Part shown: piece by piece, positions 14,230 to 27,566 of the stretch | Layout of the letters: every line of letters starts with the position of its first letter | Numbering within the stretch: the first letter of the stretch is position 1 | Assembly: GCA_023213395.1 (NCBI GenBank) | Contig: CM041465.1 | Location: 191,835,741 to 191,899,740 of the forward strand | DNA from: Cycas panzhihuaensis | Lineage: Eukaryota > Plantae > Cycadophyta | Length of the DNA stretch: 64,000 nucleotides | Direction of reading: 5' to 3' | Notes under the pieces: model-generated | Told to the model about the DNA's origin: nothing | The model's input: only the letters and a program-made list of their open reading frames with translations | Databases searched by the model: none | Program-made: the position numbers and the translations under genes

Positions 14230-17200
14230 ACTAACCCTTGGTTAAAGTGGGAGAGGAGGGTATGATAATAAAGACTTTGGGATTTGAGTTCAATAAAACT
14301 CAACATATCCAAGGATTAGATTTTAAAGTAGTCCCCACTATAAGCAAAATTAGGCACTTAGTTATTAACATGGCTACCTATCCCAAAGTTCTTGTAATAA
14401 TTTTGGTTATGGTGGTGGATATTTTCCCCATTTATGGGTTACTTCTAGGTCAAGAATAAGTCCATGAAATAGGTTCCATATCGAATATCATAGTGGAAAA
14501 CATCACTTTTCTAGTTGGAAGGGACTCAATTTCCATTCCCAAGGAAGAAAGGCATGCAGATCATGGGCAAACTAAGAAGGAAATTATGTAAATGTATAAT
14601 ATGACCCAAGTTAAACAAAGACATCTACAGTCTTGGTTGAGACTAACGAGGGACTTTATACCTCTAAAAAAGATTGGTTCTATGTTGATCTTAGGAGGAA
14701 GGATTTGGTTTAGATCCTTCACTTTGATGGAGCAAAATCTAGAGTTGGAGGAGGAGCTAGAATTACCATTCAAATCTCTAATTAGTAGAGTTTTTCCTTT
14801 TCTTATAAATTGGCATCTAATTGTACTAATGATGATGCTCAGTATGAAGCTTAAATTTTACGCCATCACAAATCCCTTAATATAAAGTTTAAACTTTTAC
14901 AACCTTAAGGTGACTTTAAGCTAATTATGGACTTAAAGGTTGAAGAACTATAAACAATGTGTTTGGTAATTACTCAAAGAATTTGAGACATTCTTAATTT
15001 AACACACCCCAATCGTGGAGAATCAATTGACTAATTCACTGGCTATGATAGCCTCAATGCTCAATGTCAATCCAAATTCAATTCATAGTTAACATTTGAT
15101 TGAAATAACAACTAAAGCATTCATTCCTAATAATATAGAGCACTAGCATATCTTGGAAAATGGTAGCTAAATTCTCCTATTTATCAAAGAAGAAAATGAA
15201 TTCATTGACCTACCAAAACAAGACTAACTATAGATGGAAAAGAAGTTAAATTAACATAAAATAAAGTTCCTAAAGGATTGATTTCCCTTGAACCTTTATT
15301 TAATATTAATGAGTTACCTAAGTTTAAAATATATAAGGAGAAATATTTTGAAAGAATAGTACAAGATGGAATTAGGACAAATATTAGCACTCAAAAAAAT
15401 CTAAAGATAATTTCCATTGGCAAGGAATATATGTAAGTAGAGAAAAATGTAATAGTATCTCTTTATTGTAAATTTACAGGCATATTTACTTAGACATATT
15501 GAGACTTAAGACTTTTCAATCACAAGGTCATTTAGTATAACATACCATTAAAAGTTTGGACCAAACCTTTTAGGTAGAAGCCTAGAGAGCTATAAGTCCC
15601 AAGCTAAGGGATTTAATTTGGAAGGAGATTCACAAGCTTTGGTAGTCAAATATCATTTTCTAATAAGATACTCCACCTAGGTGGCTAATTTAGTTCCATT
15701 AAAAAAAAGAAGAGTAACATAAGGTCGTTTGTTGCTTTTTAAAATCTAAATAAGAAGTCACTTAAACAAAATTATCCTCTCCCTAAGATGGAGAAGATTT
15801 TATAAACAATTGCAAGGTCAAAGATAATACTTTTGTTGGATAGATTTTTGGGATATAATTAGATCTTGATATCTGAAAAGGACCACTTAAAGATAACATT
15901 TACAACCATTTGGGGAAATTTTGTATATAAGAAGATGACTTTTGGCCTAATCAATGTAGGGTGTAACTTTTTAAAGGGCCATGAGCCATAATTTTAAAGA
16001 CCTAATAGTAGTCATCATTATGATATACCTTGATAACATGATAATGTTTTCAAAGGATCTAGTTGATCATATAAAGCATCTAAGGAAGGTTTTCCAAAGA
16101 AGATGGTGTCTAAAGTAAATGTGGGAAATTTTCTTAGTTATATTATATTAAAAGAAGAAACTCTAATTTATCCTGAGCATATCATGGCCATAAAGGAGGT
16201 AACACTCTCTACAAATAAGAAGGCAGTTCAAGATTTCTTTAGAATGATTAAATTCTATAAACATTCATCCCTGACTACATAAGGATCGCTCTTCTTATTA
16301 ATATGCCTCTAAAGGAGGTTGATTTCAATTGCCTAAAGAAGCAAAATAGATCTTCCATCAAGTTAAGGACTATATTTCAAAATCTTATATTTTAGTAAAT
16401 CCTAATTTTGGAAAAGATTTCATCTTATATTTATATTGTTCAAATGGAGTACATGCAATAATGTTGATATAGAAGGATGACAAAGATAAAGAGAAACTAA
16501 TAACATTTCTAAGTAAGGTACTAAAAATTATTAGTTAAGATACTCAGAGATAGAAAAATAAGCTTATACCTTAGACCTTAGTTAAGAATATAGAGGATTT
16601 CAAGCCCTACATCATTCATAATGATACCATAACACATATTCTATATCTCTTGTAAAGGCTATTATAAATTAAGTAAAACCCATTAAGAGATGGGTTAAAT
16701 GGTTTGCTAAAATTTAGGAATTTGATGTTGATATCAAACCTATTTGGCTAGTAATGGATTAGGGTCTATGTAAACTTTTAACAGAAGACCAAGCCATATA
16801 TTTGATAGTGCAAGAAAATGAACATGAAAAATATGATGAAGAGTTAATTGATGTTGAATTGCAAGATCAAAGTAATCTTGACCCTTTCTTTAAAAAATGT
16901 TGTTTTCTATCTTAAAATTAATTTGTATCCCACTTCCTTAGATGAAAGGGAAAGGAGATCTTTAAAATTGAGGGTTGTTCCATATGTCCTCTTACAAGGA
17001 CAATTATATATAAAGAGTTATGATGGAACCTTACTAAAGTACTTGGTAATGAAAGAAGCATATGAAATGTTGGATGAATTCTATGTAGGACTTCATAGAG
17101 GATATTATTCAATTGAAACCACTACCCATAAGATTCTTAGGGTGGGCTACTTTTGGATGATTATTTTCAAAGGCTCATTGTAGGAGATAAGGAACTATAA

Positions 17201-18000
17201 GCTTATCAAAGATTTATACGAAAAAAAATAATTAGCAATAATATTATTACAACCTATTTTTGCTAACTAGCCATTTGAAAAATGGGGCTTAGATTTCATA
17301 GCCTAATCAATCCAACTTCTAGTAAAGAATAAGCCTTTATTATTACATCAACTAATTACTTCATTAGATAGTTTAAGGTTATAGTAACTAAAAACACTAC
17401 CTTTATTATGGTAATTCAATTTCGTAATTAGGAAATTATGCCTAGGTTTAATGTTTTAGCTTATCTAGTTTTAAACAATGGCCTTACCTTTATATTAGCA
17501 AAAATTCCTAAGTTTTATCAAAGACATGATATTCAAATTACCTTCTCTTCAAATTACTACCCTTAGGGGGATGGACTAGCAAAGTCTACTAATAAGAATC
17601 TAGTGTGAATCTTAAGAAGACTATTAAGGTAAATCAAAGCAATTAACATTTGAAATTATAACAAGCCTTATGGGCTTAGGGAATTACCAGCAAAGAGGCC
17701 ATTAGTTTCTCTCCTTATCCACCAGTGTATGGAATGGAAGTAGTGTTGCCTATATAACTAGCTTTAATGGATCTTTAGTTAGTCAATCTCAATGAGGAGG
17801 AACTTTCTCTTATCAACAAAACACTTCAAGATTTATTATCATTGGAGCAAAAAAAGAAGAAGCAAGCATGATACTCTAGTGAGATCAATAATAAGTAAGG
17901 TAATATTTTACTAGAATAACCAATATCAAGAAGAAATTTTAGCCAAGAAACATGGTTCTAATTTGAGACAAATCTTGACAAAAGTGAGTTGAGATCATAG
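14230..18000 (+). pseudogene. Tat-type Ty3/gypsy pol, degenerate, with domain order PR - additional RNase HI - RT - RNase H - integrase
   Basis: VVDIFPIYGLLLG (PR end); LHFDGA...CTNDDAQYEA...GDFKL (aRH, ~14711-15060); NYPLPKME, TFTTIWGNFVYKKMTFGLINVG and IYLDNM (RT); HKILRVGYFW and EKWGLDFI (IN). Confidence 0.85.
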
Positions 18001-19186
18001 TATCAACTTTTAGGTAACATGTCAAGTTCACCACTAGATGTTGATCTCTCCAATAATGGATATAATTTTAAAATCTAGAGCTCTTACTAGTTGCCCTAGT
18101 TTAGTACATGTTAGCTCTAAGACATTCATAACCATAATAACATCATATCATGTGCTACTCCTATATCCACAATGTAGTTATATAGAATAAATTCATCATG
18201 AATATTTAAAAAGATATAATAGATAATTTTAAGACTTGATCAGAAGAACTACTTCTTCAACAACTTCATCTTCATTCATTGTATATGTGTGAGAATTGTA
18301 CATACATAGGCTTGCCCTGATACCTTGTAAATTCTTTCTAAATCTTTACATCATTTACATAGCACACACATCATGTAATCAATATAACAAGAACATAGAT
18401 GATATAGGTTTAATATGGGAAACCCTTTTAGGAAAAACACCAACACACGAAATGTTTGACGATCAATTAGAAATGTCAACCATTATATTGTAGATTATTA
18501 GGTGAATGAAACCTAGATGATTGAATATAGTTCATCACAATTCAATAACCCTACAATAGATCCCTTTTTATATGATCTAAAGGGTATGTCCAAAAGAAAG
18601 TTGGGATTCTTCATCATTTCTTGTGACTCTTCATATCTCAATTCTTCATGTCCCTTTGAATCTTGATATCTGTGCCATTTTATATTTCTATTCTTCTCTA
18701 GACCACATGAAGCATTAACTTCCACTAGGTGTTAATATTTGTCTATGCTTGTTAATATCCCCCTTAATACAAATGTGGAATTTAGGACTAAACATATAGT
18801 TATATATCAATATTATATCATAGTCTAATAACCTTTAAGATGAGGGAGAGTTGACCTTGCAGATTCATCCATCTTGGATTGAGAAGGAGAGCAAGCTGAA
18901 TACAATGTCACGTAGCCATTCTGGAAAGTAAAATATTTCTGTAGAACTTTTAATAGTGTTAAAAAATACCAGGGAGGTACTCCCCTTCAATTTATAGTTT
19001 TGGGGAGGTGGTGGACTGTCTCAACCTGACATTAGTCCAAGTAATAAATAAATAAATAAAATGGTGCAATATACTTACCTTATTCGACTGCAGAGGCTGC
19101 ATGGCAGCACTTGGTGGCTCAAGATGCCTTTTGGGGGCCTGATGATAACTATACACATCTCAATAATGGGCATTATCCCAACATTC

Positions 19187-22100
19187 TCCCCCATAATGTC
19201 CATTGTGTAGAACTCCAAGTTTATCTTTGAATTTATGAAATTTGATCTTTCCTAATGGTTTTATGAATATATATATTGTTTGGTCTTCAATGTTGTAATA
19301 TGCTAATTCAATCTTGCCTACTTGAACTAATTCTCAAATGAGGTGATACTAAGTTTCGATGTGCTTAGCTCTGCCATGAAAGACTAGATTCCATGTCATC
19401 TAAATGGTGCTTTGATTATCATACCAAATTTTAATTGGCCCTTTTTATTCCATCTAAAAGTGTTGTAGGAGTCATTGTAGCTATACAGCTTTATATGCAC
19501 TAGAAACTATTGCTTTATATTCCACTTCCACTGTAGATAGGGAAACAATATTATATTTCTTGGAACCCCATGGTATAGTTGCTAAACCCAAACTAAAAAT
19601 CTAAACTGAAGTAGATTTCCTGTCATCAATGTCACCTGCCTAATCTAAATCTGTATACCCAGTCAATCTAAAATTCGATGAAGATTTACAATGCAACCTA
19701 TATTCTGTTGTACCTTTAGGTATTGTAAGATTTTTTCCGTTGTTTGCCAATGAGTAGTCTTGGGATCTTGCATAACTGGATACTACATTGATCGCATGCA
19801 TAATATATGTTTGTGTTAAAGTTAAATAAATTAGATTGTTAATTAATTATCTGTAGAGTATGGGATCCACAAGTGCAGAATCATCAAGTTTAGATAACTT
19901 GATCTCAACTTTAGCAGGAGTTGTTAGACATTTGCAATCATGCATCTTAAACTTTTGAAGTAAGTCCAAGGTGTACTTTCTTTAAAAAATAAAGATATCG
20001 TCTTCATCTTACCATACTTCTAAACTAAAGAAGTAATGTATCAAACCCAAATCTGTCATCTAAAACTCTTTATACATATCTTCCTTAAATTTTTGCAAAA
20101 GATGAGATTCATTTCTAGTGTATATAAGATCATCTACATAATGTCCCACTATTAGAATGGAGTCTCCTTTAATCTTGATATACAAGTTTAGATCTGATTG
20201 AGATCTTTTAAATCCTTGATTTCTAAAATATTTGTCAATTCAAGAATACCATGCCCTGGGAGCTTACTTTAATCCATAGAGTGCCTTTTTAAGCTTATAC
20301 ACTTTGTCTTCTTCCTCCCTAACACCAAAACCTTGGGGTTGAGATATATAGATATCTTCTTCAATGTACCCATTAAGAAATGTGCTTTTAACGTCTGTTT
20401 GGTAACATCCCATCCCATTTATGTAGCCAAATTCATTATCATACGAATAATTTCCATATATACAACAAGGATAAATGTTTCACTATAATCGATGCCTTCT
20501 CTTTGGGCATAACCTTTTGCTACCAATCTAGCTTTATGTTTGTCAGTTGATCCATCAAATCAGAATTTGATTTTGTAAACCCACTTGGTACAAATAGCCT
20601 TTTTGTTGAGAGGAACGGCAACCAATTCCTAAGTATCATTTTTTACTATGGAGTTATATTCTTCCTCCATTTCTTTTCTCTAAGTATCATGTATATCGGC
20701 CTCATCAAAAGTATGAGGCTCGTGCGTCTCCATAACTTAACTCATAAGAATAAAATTCACCCTATATGAATGAGTAGATCTTAGATTATAGTCATTGTCC
20801 AAGATGTTGTCCATAGCATGGTTCCTTTGAACCCATTTAGGTAACCTTTGTGGTGGAGGTTAAAAAGAGATTCCCTCTTCACTTGATACATTAATGGTTT
20901 ATCTTGAGTCCTACCTAGGTAACATATATTTGAACCTAGTAATGGAATCAAGATTTATTATGATACCATTTCCTTTATTTTGATCGTAATCAATATGATA
21001 GTAATCATCTTCTTGGAATTTAATATCTCTACTCACCATAAATTTTTAAGATTTGGGATCATAGACCTTATAAGATTTAGAGGCATCATTGTACCCAATG
21101 AATATACATTTGGTGTTATGATCATCTATCTTAGACCTTCTTTGTTTAGGAGCATGAGCATAAGCTAAGCATCCAAAAACTCTTAGATGGTGGATACTAG
21201 ATTTGTATCTAGTCTAAGCTTCTTCAGGAGTCATCCACCTAAGTGCTTTGGTGGTACACCTATTGAGTAAATAAATAGTAGTGTGAACTACTTTATCCCA
21301 AAATTCATGTCCCAATCTTTTGTCCTTTAACATGCACCAAGCTATCTTGACTACGGTACAGTTCTTCCTTTTAACTACACTATTTTGCTAGAGGGTGTAG
21401 GGATTTACAAGTTGTCTCCTTATTCCATGATGTGTACAATAGGTCTTGAACTCATTTGATATGAACTCTCCCCCATTATCTGATCTTAGGGAGAGGATTT
21501 TGTATCCACTTTGTCTATCCACATAAGTTTTGAAGTGTTGTAATACATCTGACTTAAACTCTAGAAAATAAACCCAAGTTTTTCTTGTAAAATCATCAAT
21601 GAATGTGATGAAATATCTAGCTCCTACCAATGAGGAAACATCCATGGGGTCACAAATACTAGTGTAAGCTATTTGGAGAGGTCTTTTTTCTCTATAATTG
21701 TTACCTAGAAAACTTTCTCTATGTTGTTTTCTAAGGAGGCACCCTTTACAAATAATTTTATCCACTTCAATGTGTGGTAACCCATCAACCATATCCATCT
21801 TCTTCATTAGTGCCAAATTACTATAATTTAAGTGAGCAAATCTCTTGTACCATATGTGACTACAGGCTTGATTGTTATTCTCAAAGCATAAGTGTCTAAA
21901 GGAGTAAGGACTAGCTTGAAAAGCCTGTCCTTAGTTATTTTTCCCTTAGCAACTACTGCCTTGTTCTTCTTCCTTTTATCTTTAATGGTGAATTCTCCAT
22001 TATCAAATATGACTTTATAATCCTAACCCATCATTTATCCTACTGATAAAAGGTTCTTCTTTAAGGCTGGGGTAAAAAGTATATCATCAAGCTATCAAGT

Positions 22101-22910
22101 TTCTCCTGATTCTATTTATAGAACTAGATTGCCTCTTCTAATGGACTCATAAGAGGTATCATCACCAAATATAATGGACCCTCTTCTGGTTCTGTCCATC
22201 GTTTGGAATATATATTATTTATGGCTCATACAGGTGGAATAACTTGAATCGATATACCAACTATTATCTTCTTATTCTTGAGTAATAAAACTCGATAGAA
22301 AGAGTCGATTTATCACCCTTACTTCCACAATTGTATTGGCACTTCCTTTAGTTGGTGGACTATGTTTAGTAAAACATTTATCTTCTGTGTGACCAACTCG
22401 ATTACAAAATGTGTAATAAATTGAATTTCTTCTTCCAAAGCTAAGACTTCTACTCTAAGGATAGGACCTATCAATATGGGATTGTCTTCCTCTTTCTAGA
22501 AATAGGACTTGATTATCCCTTTGTCTGTTGTTGGGACAATTGAGGTTGGTCCTTTGAGATTACATGTCCTCTTGATAATTAGGACAACATTGGTTTGTCC
22601 CATAATTTATTTCTTAACTTTGGTATCTATTGTGGCTAGTGTTCCTTTAATTAGCTCCTTGCCATCTTTGATATGAAGTTTAATACTTTGGTTGCCTTTC
22701 TTGGTGCATTTCTTGTCTATGGTTTATATTTCTCCCTTTTGGGCATTGGTCCCTAGATTTAGAGATACCAACTTGAGAATTTGATTGTATCCTTGTTTTG
22801 GTTGCAAAGGCATGTTCAAGTGATTCATTTATATTCAGTTGTTCCTCAAATGCCATCAATAGGGAACTTTATTATTCTATTTTTAGGGTACTCAAGTCCT
22901 TTGATATTCA
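19187..22910 (-). pseudogene. Element C gag (3' part), PR, IN, RT, RNase H
   Basis: FCNRVGHTEDKC knuckle; WYIDSS; ORF 21388-21816 is the integrase core (FIDDFTRKTWVYFL, LRSDNGGEF); KALYGLK; ends FHKFKDKLGVLHNGHYGGE. Confidence 0.92.
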
Positions 22911-22915
22911 GATAC

Positions 22916-25900
22916 TATTGGGGTTAATGCTCATCACCCCAGTCTCACCTTTGGCACATGTAAATGCACATATGTTAAGGTAAGTTAGGTAAGGTTAATT
23001 TTATATTTAGTTATACATTATTTTATTATTATTTAAATTTTGAAGGTTGAGGAGGTTTTTCTCCTCCCTCACAACTATATATTTTCAGAGTTGTTCTACC
23101 TTAATATCTTTACACACCACCAACATTTGGACATTTGATGTACTCTTTCAATATGGATTAAATAATATGATATTTGTTCTATATTTCTCATGATGGATTA
23201 GTATGTGCATACTTGCTCTGCTTTGCTCTCCTTGTATTATCTTCTAACATATGGTATCAGAGCATAGATCTATTTGGGCATGGAATCTTTGAGTATAGAT
23301 CTTGGCCTACAACATTTGGCAGTCTTATTTTTTACAACATTTAGAGCATAGATCTTGGCACATTTGAGCTATTTAGGCCTGTATTTTTCAAGCTAGATCT
23401 TAACATCACTTGGTACGGTATAAATAAATCTTAGCATTATTTGTATATCAGAGTGAGCGCTCGTGACAAGAGTCTCATAGCTATTTTTTAGTACTTTATC
23501 ATGGTTATTTTGGTATGAATTAATACTATTTGGTTGAGAGTATTCAAGCTATAGAGAAATTCATTCATATTTATTAATATTTCATTTTATTACGTTGGTT
23601 TTCCATTTTCTTGTTTTTGGAACCATTGGTAGCTATTTTAGAACCAGCTAGTGTGCCTCCTACATTGCTCAAAATTGTCACATATAACTACTTGTTCTAT
23701 TTGCAACTTAATCATCTAGCTGTCGAAAGAAATCTCATTATTTTTCATTACTCGTGTTAAGAGATATCGCTTATGGAGTTAGCATATGTCTATTTTTAGC
23801 CTATTTTTCTTCGCAGCTTCATTCTAACTCTGCAAGTGACCATTCTTTGTGAAACTTCACCAGATTTGATCTAATAAATAGACCTAGCTATGCCTCAAAT
23901 TTTGTGAGGATCCGTGCATCCAGTGAGAAGTTTTAATCAAATAAACCTCTACATCGAGGTTTTTCTCCATTTTTTTTTTGTTTTTCACTTACAACAAATA
24001 TTTTTTTAAAATCTTTTTATGATTTAAGCATGTATATCTAGGCATCCCTTCTCCAACGAGCAAGTGTAAAGATGTTTGATCAAATTTTAGTGATTATTAT
24101 GAAGTATTTGGCCTCTGTTCCCAGTTAGAACTGCCCATTCCTCTTTGCATCACATGCATCTTTGTGTTGGTTACACTTTGTTCTTCTGTCTTTTGGTGAT
24201 TGGTTATCCTCGTCTGACATTGCAGATGAGCTCACCCCTCACTGATCTACACCCTCAAAGCTCTCAGATCATTTTTTGGTGATTGTTTGGATCATTTTAC
24301 CTCTCTGCATCTCCGCGAAGGTCATGCAGCATCACAACCGGTTAAAATTTTGACTTTTTCATATATATTTTGATATATTAAAAGTACTTGTTTATATTCT
24401 AACTTTCTCAAAGTTTTGAAAAATTAAATTATTGTTAACTTTATTTCAAATCCAAAGTTATAAAAGGGATTATTCCCCTTTGCCTTAGCCCTCGAGTCTT
24501 TTGCATATGGCCTCGTTTTGAGCTTATTAAGTGGTTATTTTTCACCTTGTTTAATCCTCTTTTTTTATCTCGGGTGTATTCAACCTATAAATGAGGTTTT
24601 GTTGAGTGTTTTAGGTCTACTACTCTTGTAGGAATCCAAGTTTTGGTTCAAATCCACTCCATACGATCGTGCACCCTATTTTTCAAAAGGGGCTAACTTA
24701 TTTTATTAAAGTTTTCTTTATATTTTTCTCTTAAGAGACTTTGATGTATTTAATGTTGTAACTTATCATTGGCATATCAATTTTCAGTGAAACTAGTTTT
24801 ATTAGGACCGTATTTTAGAGCACTACAGTGTGGTATCATTACTTGTTAAATTTGAGTTAGTTTCGACTAAGTTTTAATCAGTCAAAATGACTCATTTTTT
24901 TAGTTATTATCTTATTAGCCATAAAGAGGCTTGCTTACATTTTTTACAATAACTTTGTCATTTTAACTCTGATTTTTGAACCATCAGATTCATCAGAAAG
25001 GTATTGCAAAGTACTTCAAGTCAGAATTAGTTTTATTATATTTTGACATTATTTTATAGGGTTTTAAAGCTGATCAAGTTGAGTTTCCTACTCAACCCTA
25101 TACAAGCTTATTTTATAACAATTGTTTAGCATTTTATTATTTCAAATGATTATATTTGAAGTATTATTTATTACTAATTGATTTTTAAAGTTATTATTAT
25201 TCTTTGTATATATTCTAAGCTATTTTGTATCCAATTGATATCATTTTTAGCACCTTGAGCTTCAAGTAACCTAAGTGGTGCAAAATTAACAAATGGATAC
25301 TATCTATATTGAATTTGTTTCATTTCTTGTATTATCAAACAAATGCATACAATTTTCTAGTATTTGTAATTACTTTGAGCATAGATTTTGCTTATAAATT
25401 TTAAGTTTCATATAGTTATTCTTGCTTTATAAAGGAGTAATTTGGCATTCATATTATCTTGCATATTAGACAAGAAAACATCTTATTTTTATCAAAGACT
25501 TTAGTTGTTTTGTCAACTTGAAGGCTACAAAGTTTAGTTGCAAAATTTCATTGATTATTTGTCTCAAAAGTTAGTTTATATTCAAAGCATTAAAGGATTT
25601 CTTATTACATTGCATTCAAAAGGAGCATATAGTTTCTTGTCTTTCCAACAAAATATATCAATTTGAAAACACTAGTTTGCATACTATCTTATGTTCCTTG
25701 GTTCATTTAAAGAAGAAAAGCATCATTTGTTCCTTTACTTATTTATTGTAATTTGATATAAAGTTTGTATCACATTTTCATTTGAAGAAAGTTTTTCATT
25801 TCATAAAAGTTTGATCTTCATATTTTGTCTTGTTTAAAAGATTTATTTTGAGTCATATAAAAGAAGAAAAGTATATTGATTACCTTCTACTTATAATCAT

Positions 25901-27046
25901 TATGACTTGATGAAGAGTTTACATCATACCTTCATTTGAAGATTATTCATTCATTTGAAATTTATATTATTGATTATGTACTAAAGTATTTACATAATAG
26001 CAATGAATTCAAACAATATTAGTTTTCTAGTATTTGATGATAATAATTTTCAACTTTGGAGGACCATTATAAAATCATATGTAATCTCAAATAGCCTTTG
26101 GAAGTATATCGATGATGGATATGAACCAGACAATAGAGAAGACTTAAAAAGGGACAAAGAAGCCCTTGCACTTTTATTTTGTAGTATTGATGATAATGTG
26201 TTTTCTAATGTTTCAGAAATTACCATATCCAAATTAGTATGGAATACATTAGATTTACTTTATCAGAGAGATTTCCTAGATCTTAATATTACTAACTACA
26301 TTGATGATGTTTTTCCTATGAGGTAGATGGTAGAGCAGGTACCATATGAAGAAAAGTTTAATGTTTCTTGTACTAGTATAGTTTTCAATAAAAATAATGA
26401 TTATAATGTCACATTCGATAAAAAGATATATATCATGAACTCAACTCAAATGAATGATAAAGATCAATACGAAGTCATTCATATTCATACAAATCAAGCT
26501 ACATCTATAAGACCTACTTGGAAGTTACTTTCACTACATGATATTGAAGAGATGCAGATTGTTGATAAGATGGCCAAGCAAGTTATTATTCACTACATCA
26601 AGCATGTTGGTTAGCAAACTAAAGGACAAGCTTTCAAAGTTATTTTCAAATATAGGTACCGCAACTTCAAGGAAAAATGAAGAATGATGGTGATAAACAT
26701 TAAGGGGGAGTCTATTGGAGTTAATACTCATCACCCCACTCCTACCTTTGGCACATGTGAATGCACACATGTTAAGGTAAGTTAAGTAAGGTTAATTTTA
26801 TATTTAGTTATACATTATTTTATTATTATTTGAATTTTGGAGGTTGAGGAGGTTTCCTTCCTCCCTGACAACTACATATTTTGGGGGTTATTCTACCATG
26901 GTGTCTTTAGACACCACCAACATTTGGATATTTGATGTACTCTTTCAATATGAATTGAATAATATGATATTTGTCTTATGTTTCTCATGATGGATTAATA
27001 TGTGCATACCTACTCTGCTCTTCTCTCCTTATATTATTTTCCAACA
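22916..27046 (+). mobile_element. Non-autonomous copia-derived element H (TR-GAG-like), 4.1 kb
   Basis: LTRs 22916-23249 and 26713-27046; PBS TGGTATCAGAGC at 23252-23263; PPT AAGGGGGAG at 26702-26710; TSD GATAC/AATAC. Confidence 0.93.
26003..26680 (+). pseudogene. Mini-Gag fusion frame of H (~225 codons; 2 internal TAG, probably from CAG)
   Basis: ORFs 26003-26326 and 26327-26614 are contiguous and in frame; Gag N-terminus FDDNNFQLW...RDKEALALLFC; tail YRNFKEK. Confidence 0.8.
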
Positions 27047-27566
27047 AATACTAGTTACCACCATTTTAAATCTTTTCACTGCACTAACACATCTTAGAAT
27101 TCAGTCAACCACTTATTATTCAATCATTGTGTCCCCAAGAGATCTCATTTAATTAACAATATCTTACACTTTGATCATGAATTTAGTTACTGATTCGTTG
27201 GGCATCATCCTAAAATTTTTTAATTTACTCCTTAGAGTTTGCAATTTGGATGAAGCAACCCCTTCATAGATCAACTATAAGGTGTCCCAAGCTTTTTTAA
27301 ATTTTGTAGACTCACTTACTCTAGGAAATATATGATATTCTAGTACACAAAATATTAACGCAAGTGCCTCATTGTCCTTATTAACATTTTCTTTGTAAGC
27401 TAATTTCTCAAGATCTATTGGATTTTGTCTTAATTCTATATACTATGTTCTCACAATATCCCATATATCATTAGCTATGAGGATGGGTCTCATCCTCCTA
27501 CTCCAATTCAAAAAATTAGAACAATTAAACTTAGGGATAATCATATTGCCAAAGTTGGCTACTATT
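27047..27566 (-). pseudogene. Element C gag N-terminal part
   Basis: IPKFNCSNFLNWSRRMRPILIANDIWDIV...KDNEALALIFC...KKAWDTL...KLQTLR. Confidence 0.85.

Noticed and set aside
14592-14885. 97-aa ORF
   Set aside because: Off-frame overlap of the aRH domain; the meaningful frame is the stop-interrupted one.
22977-22985. AAGGTAAGT splice-donor consensus in H, G and C LTRs
   Set aside because: It lies upstream of the TATA-like box, so it is probably outside the 5' transcript; kept only as a shared LTR motif.
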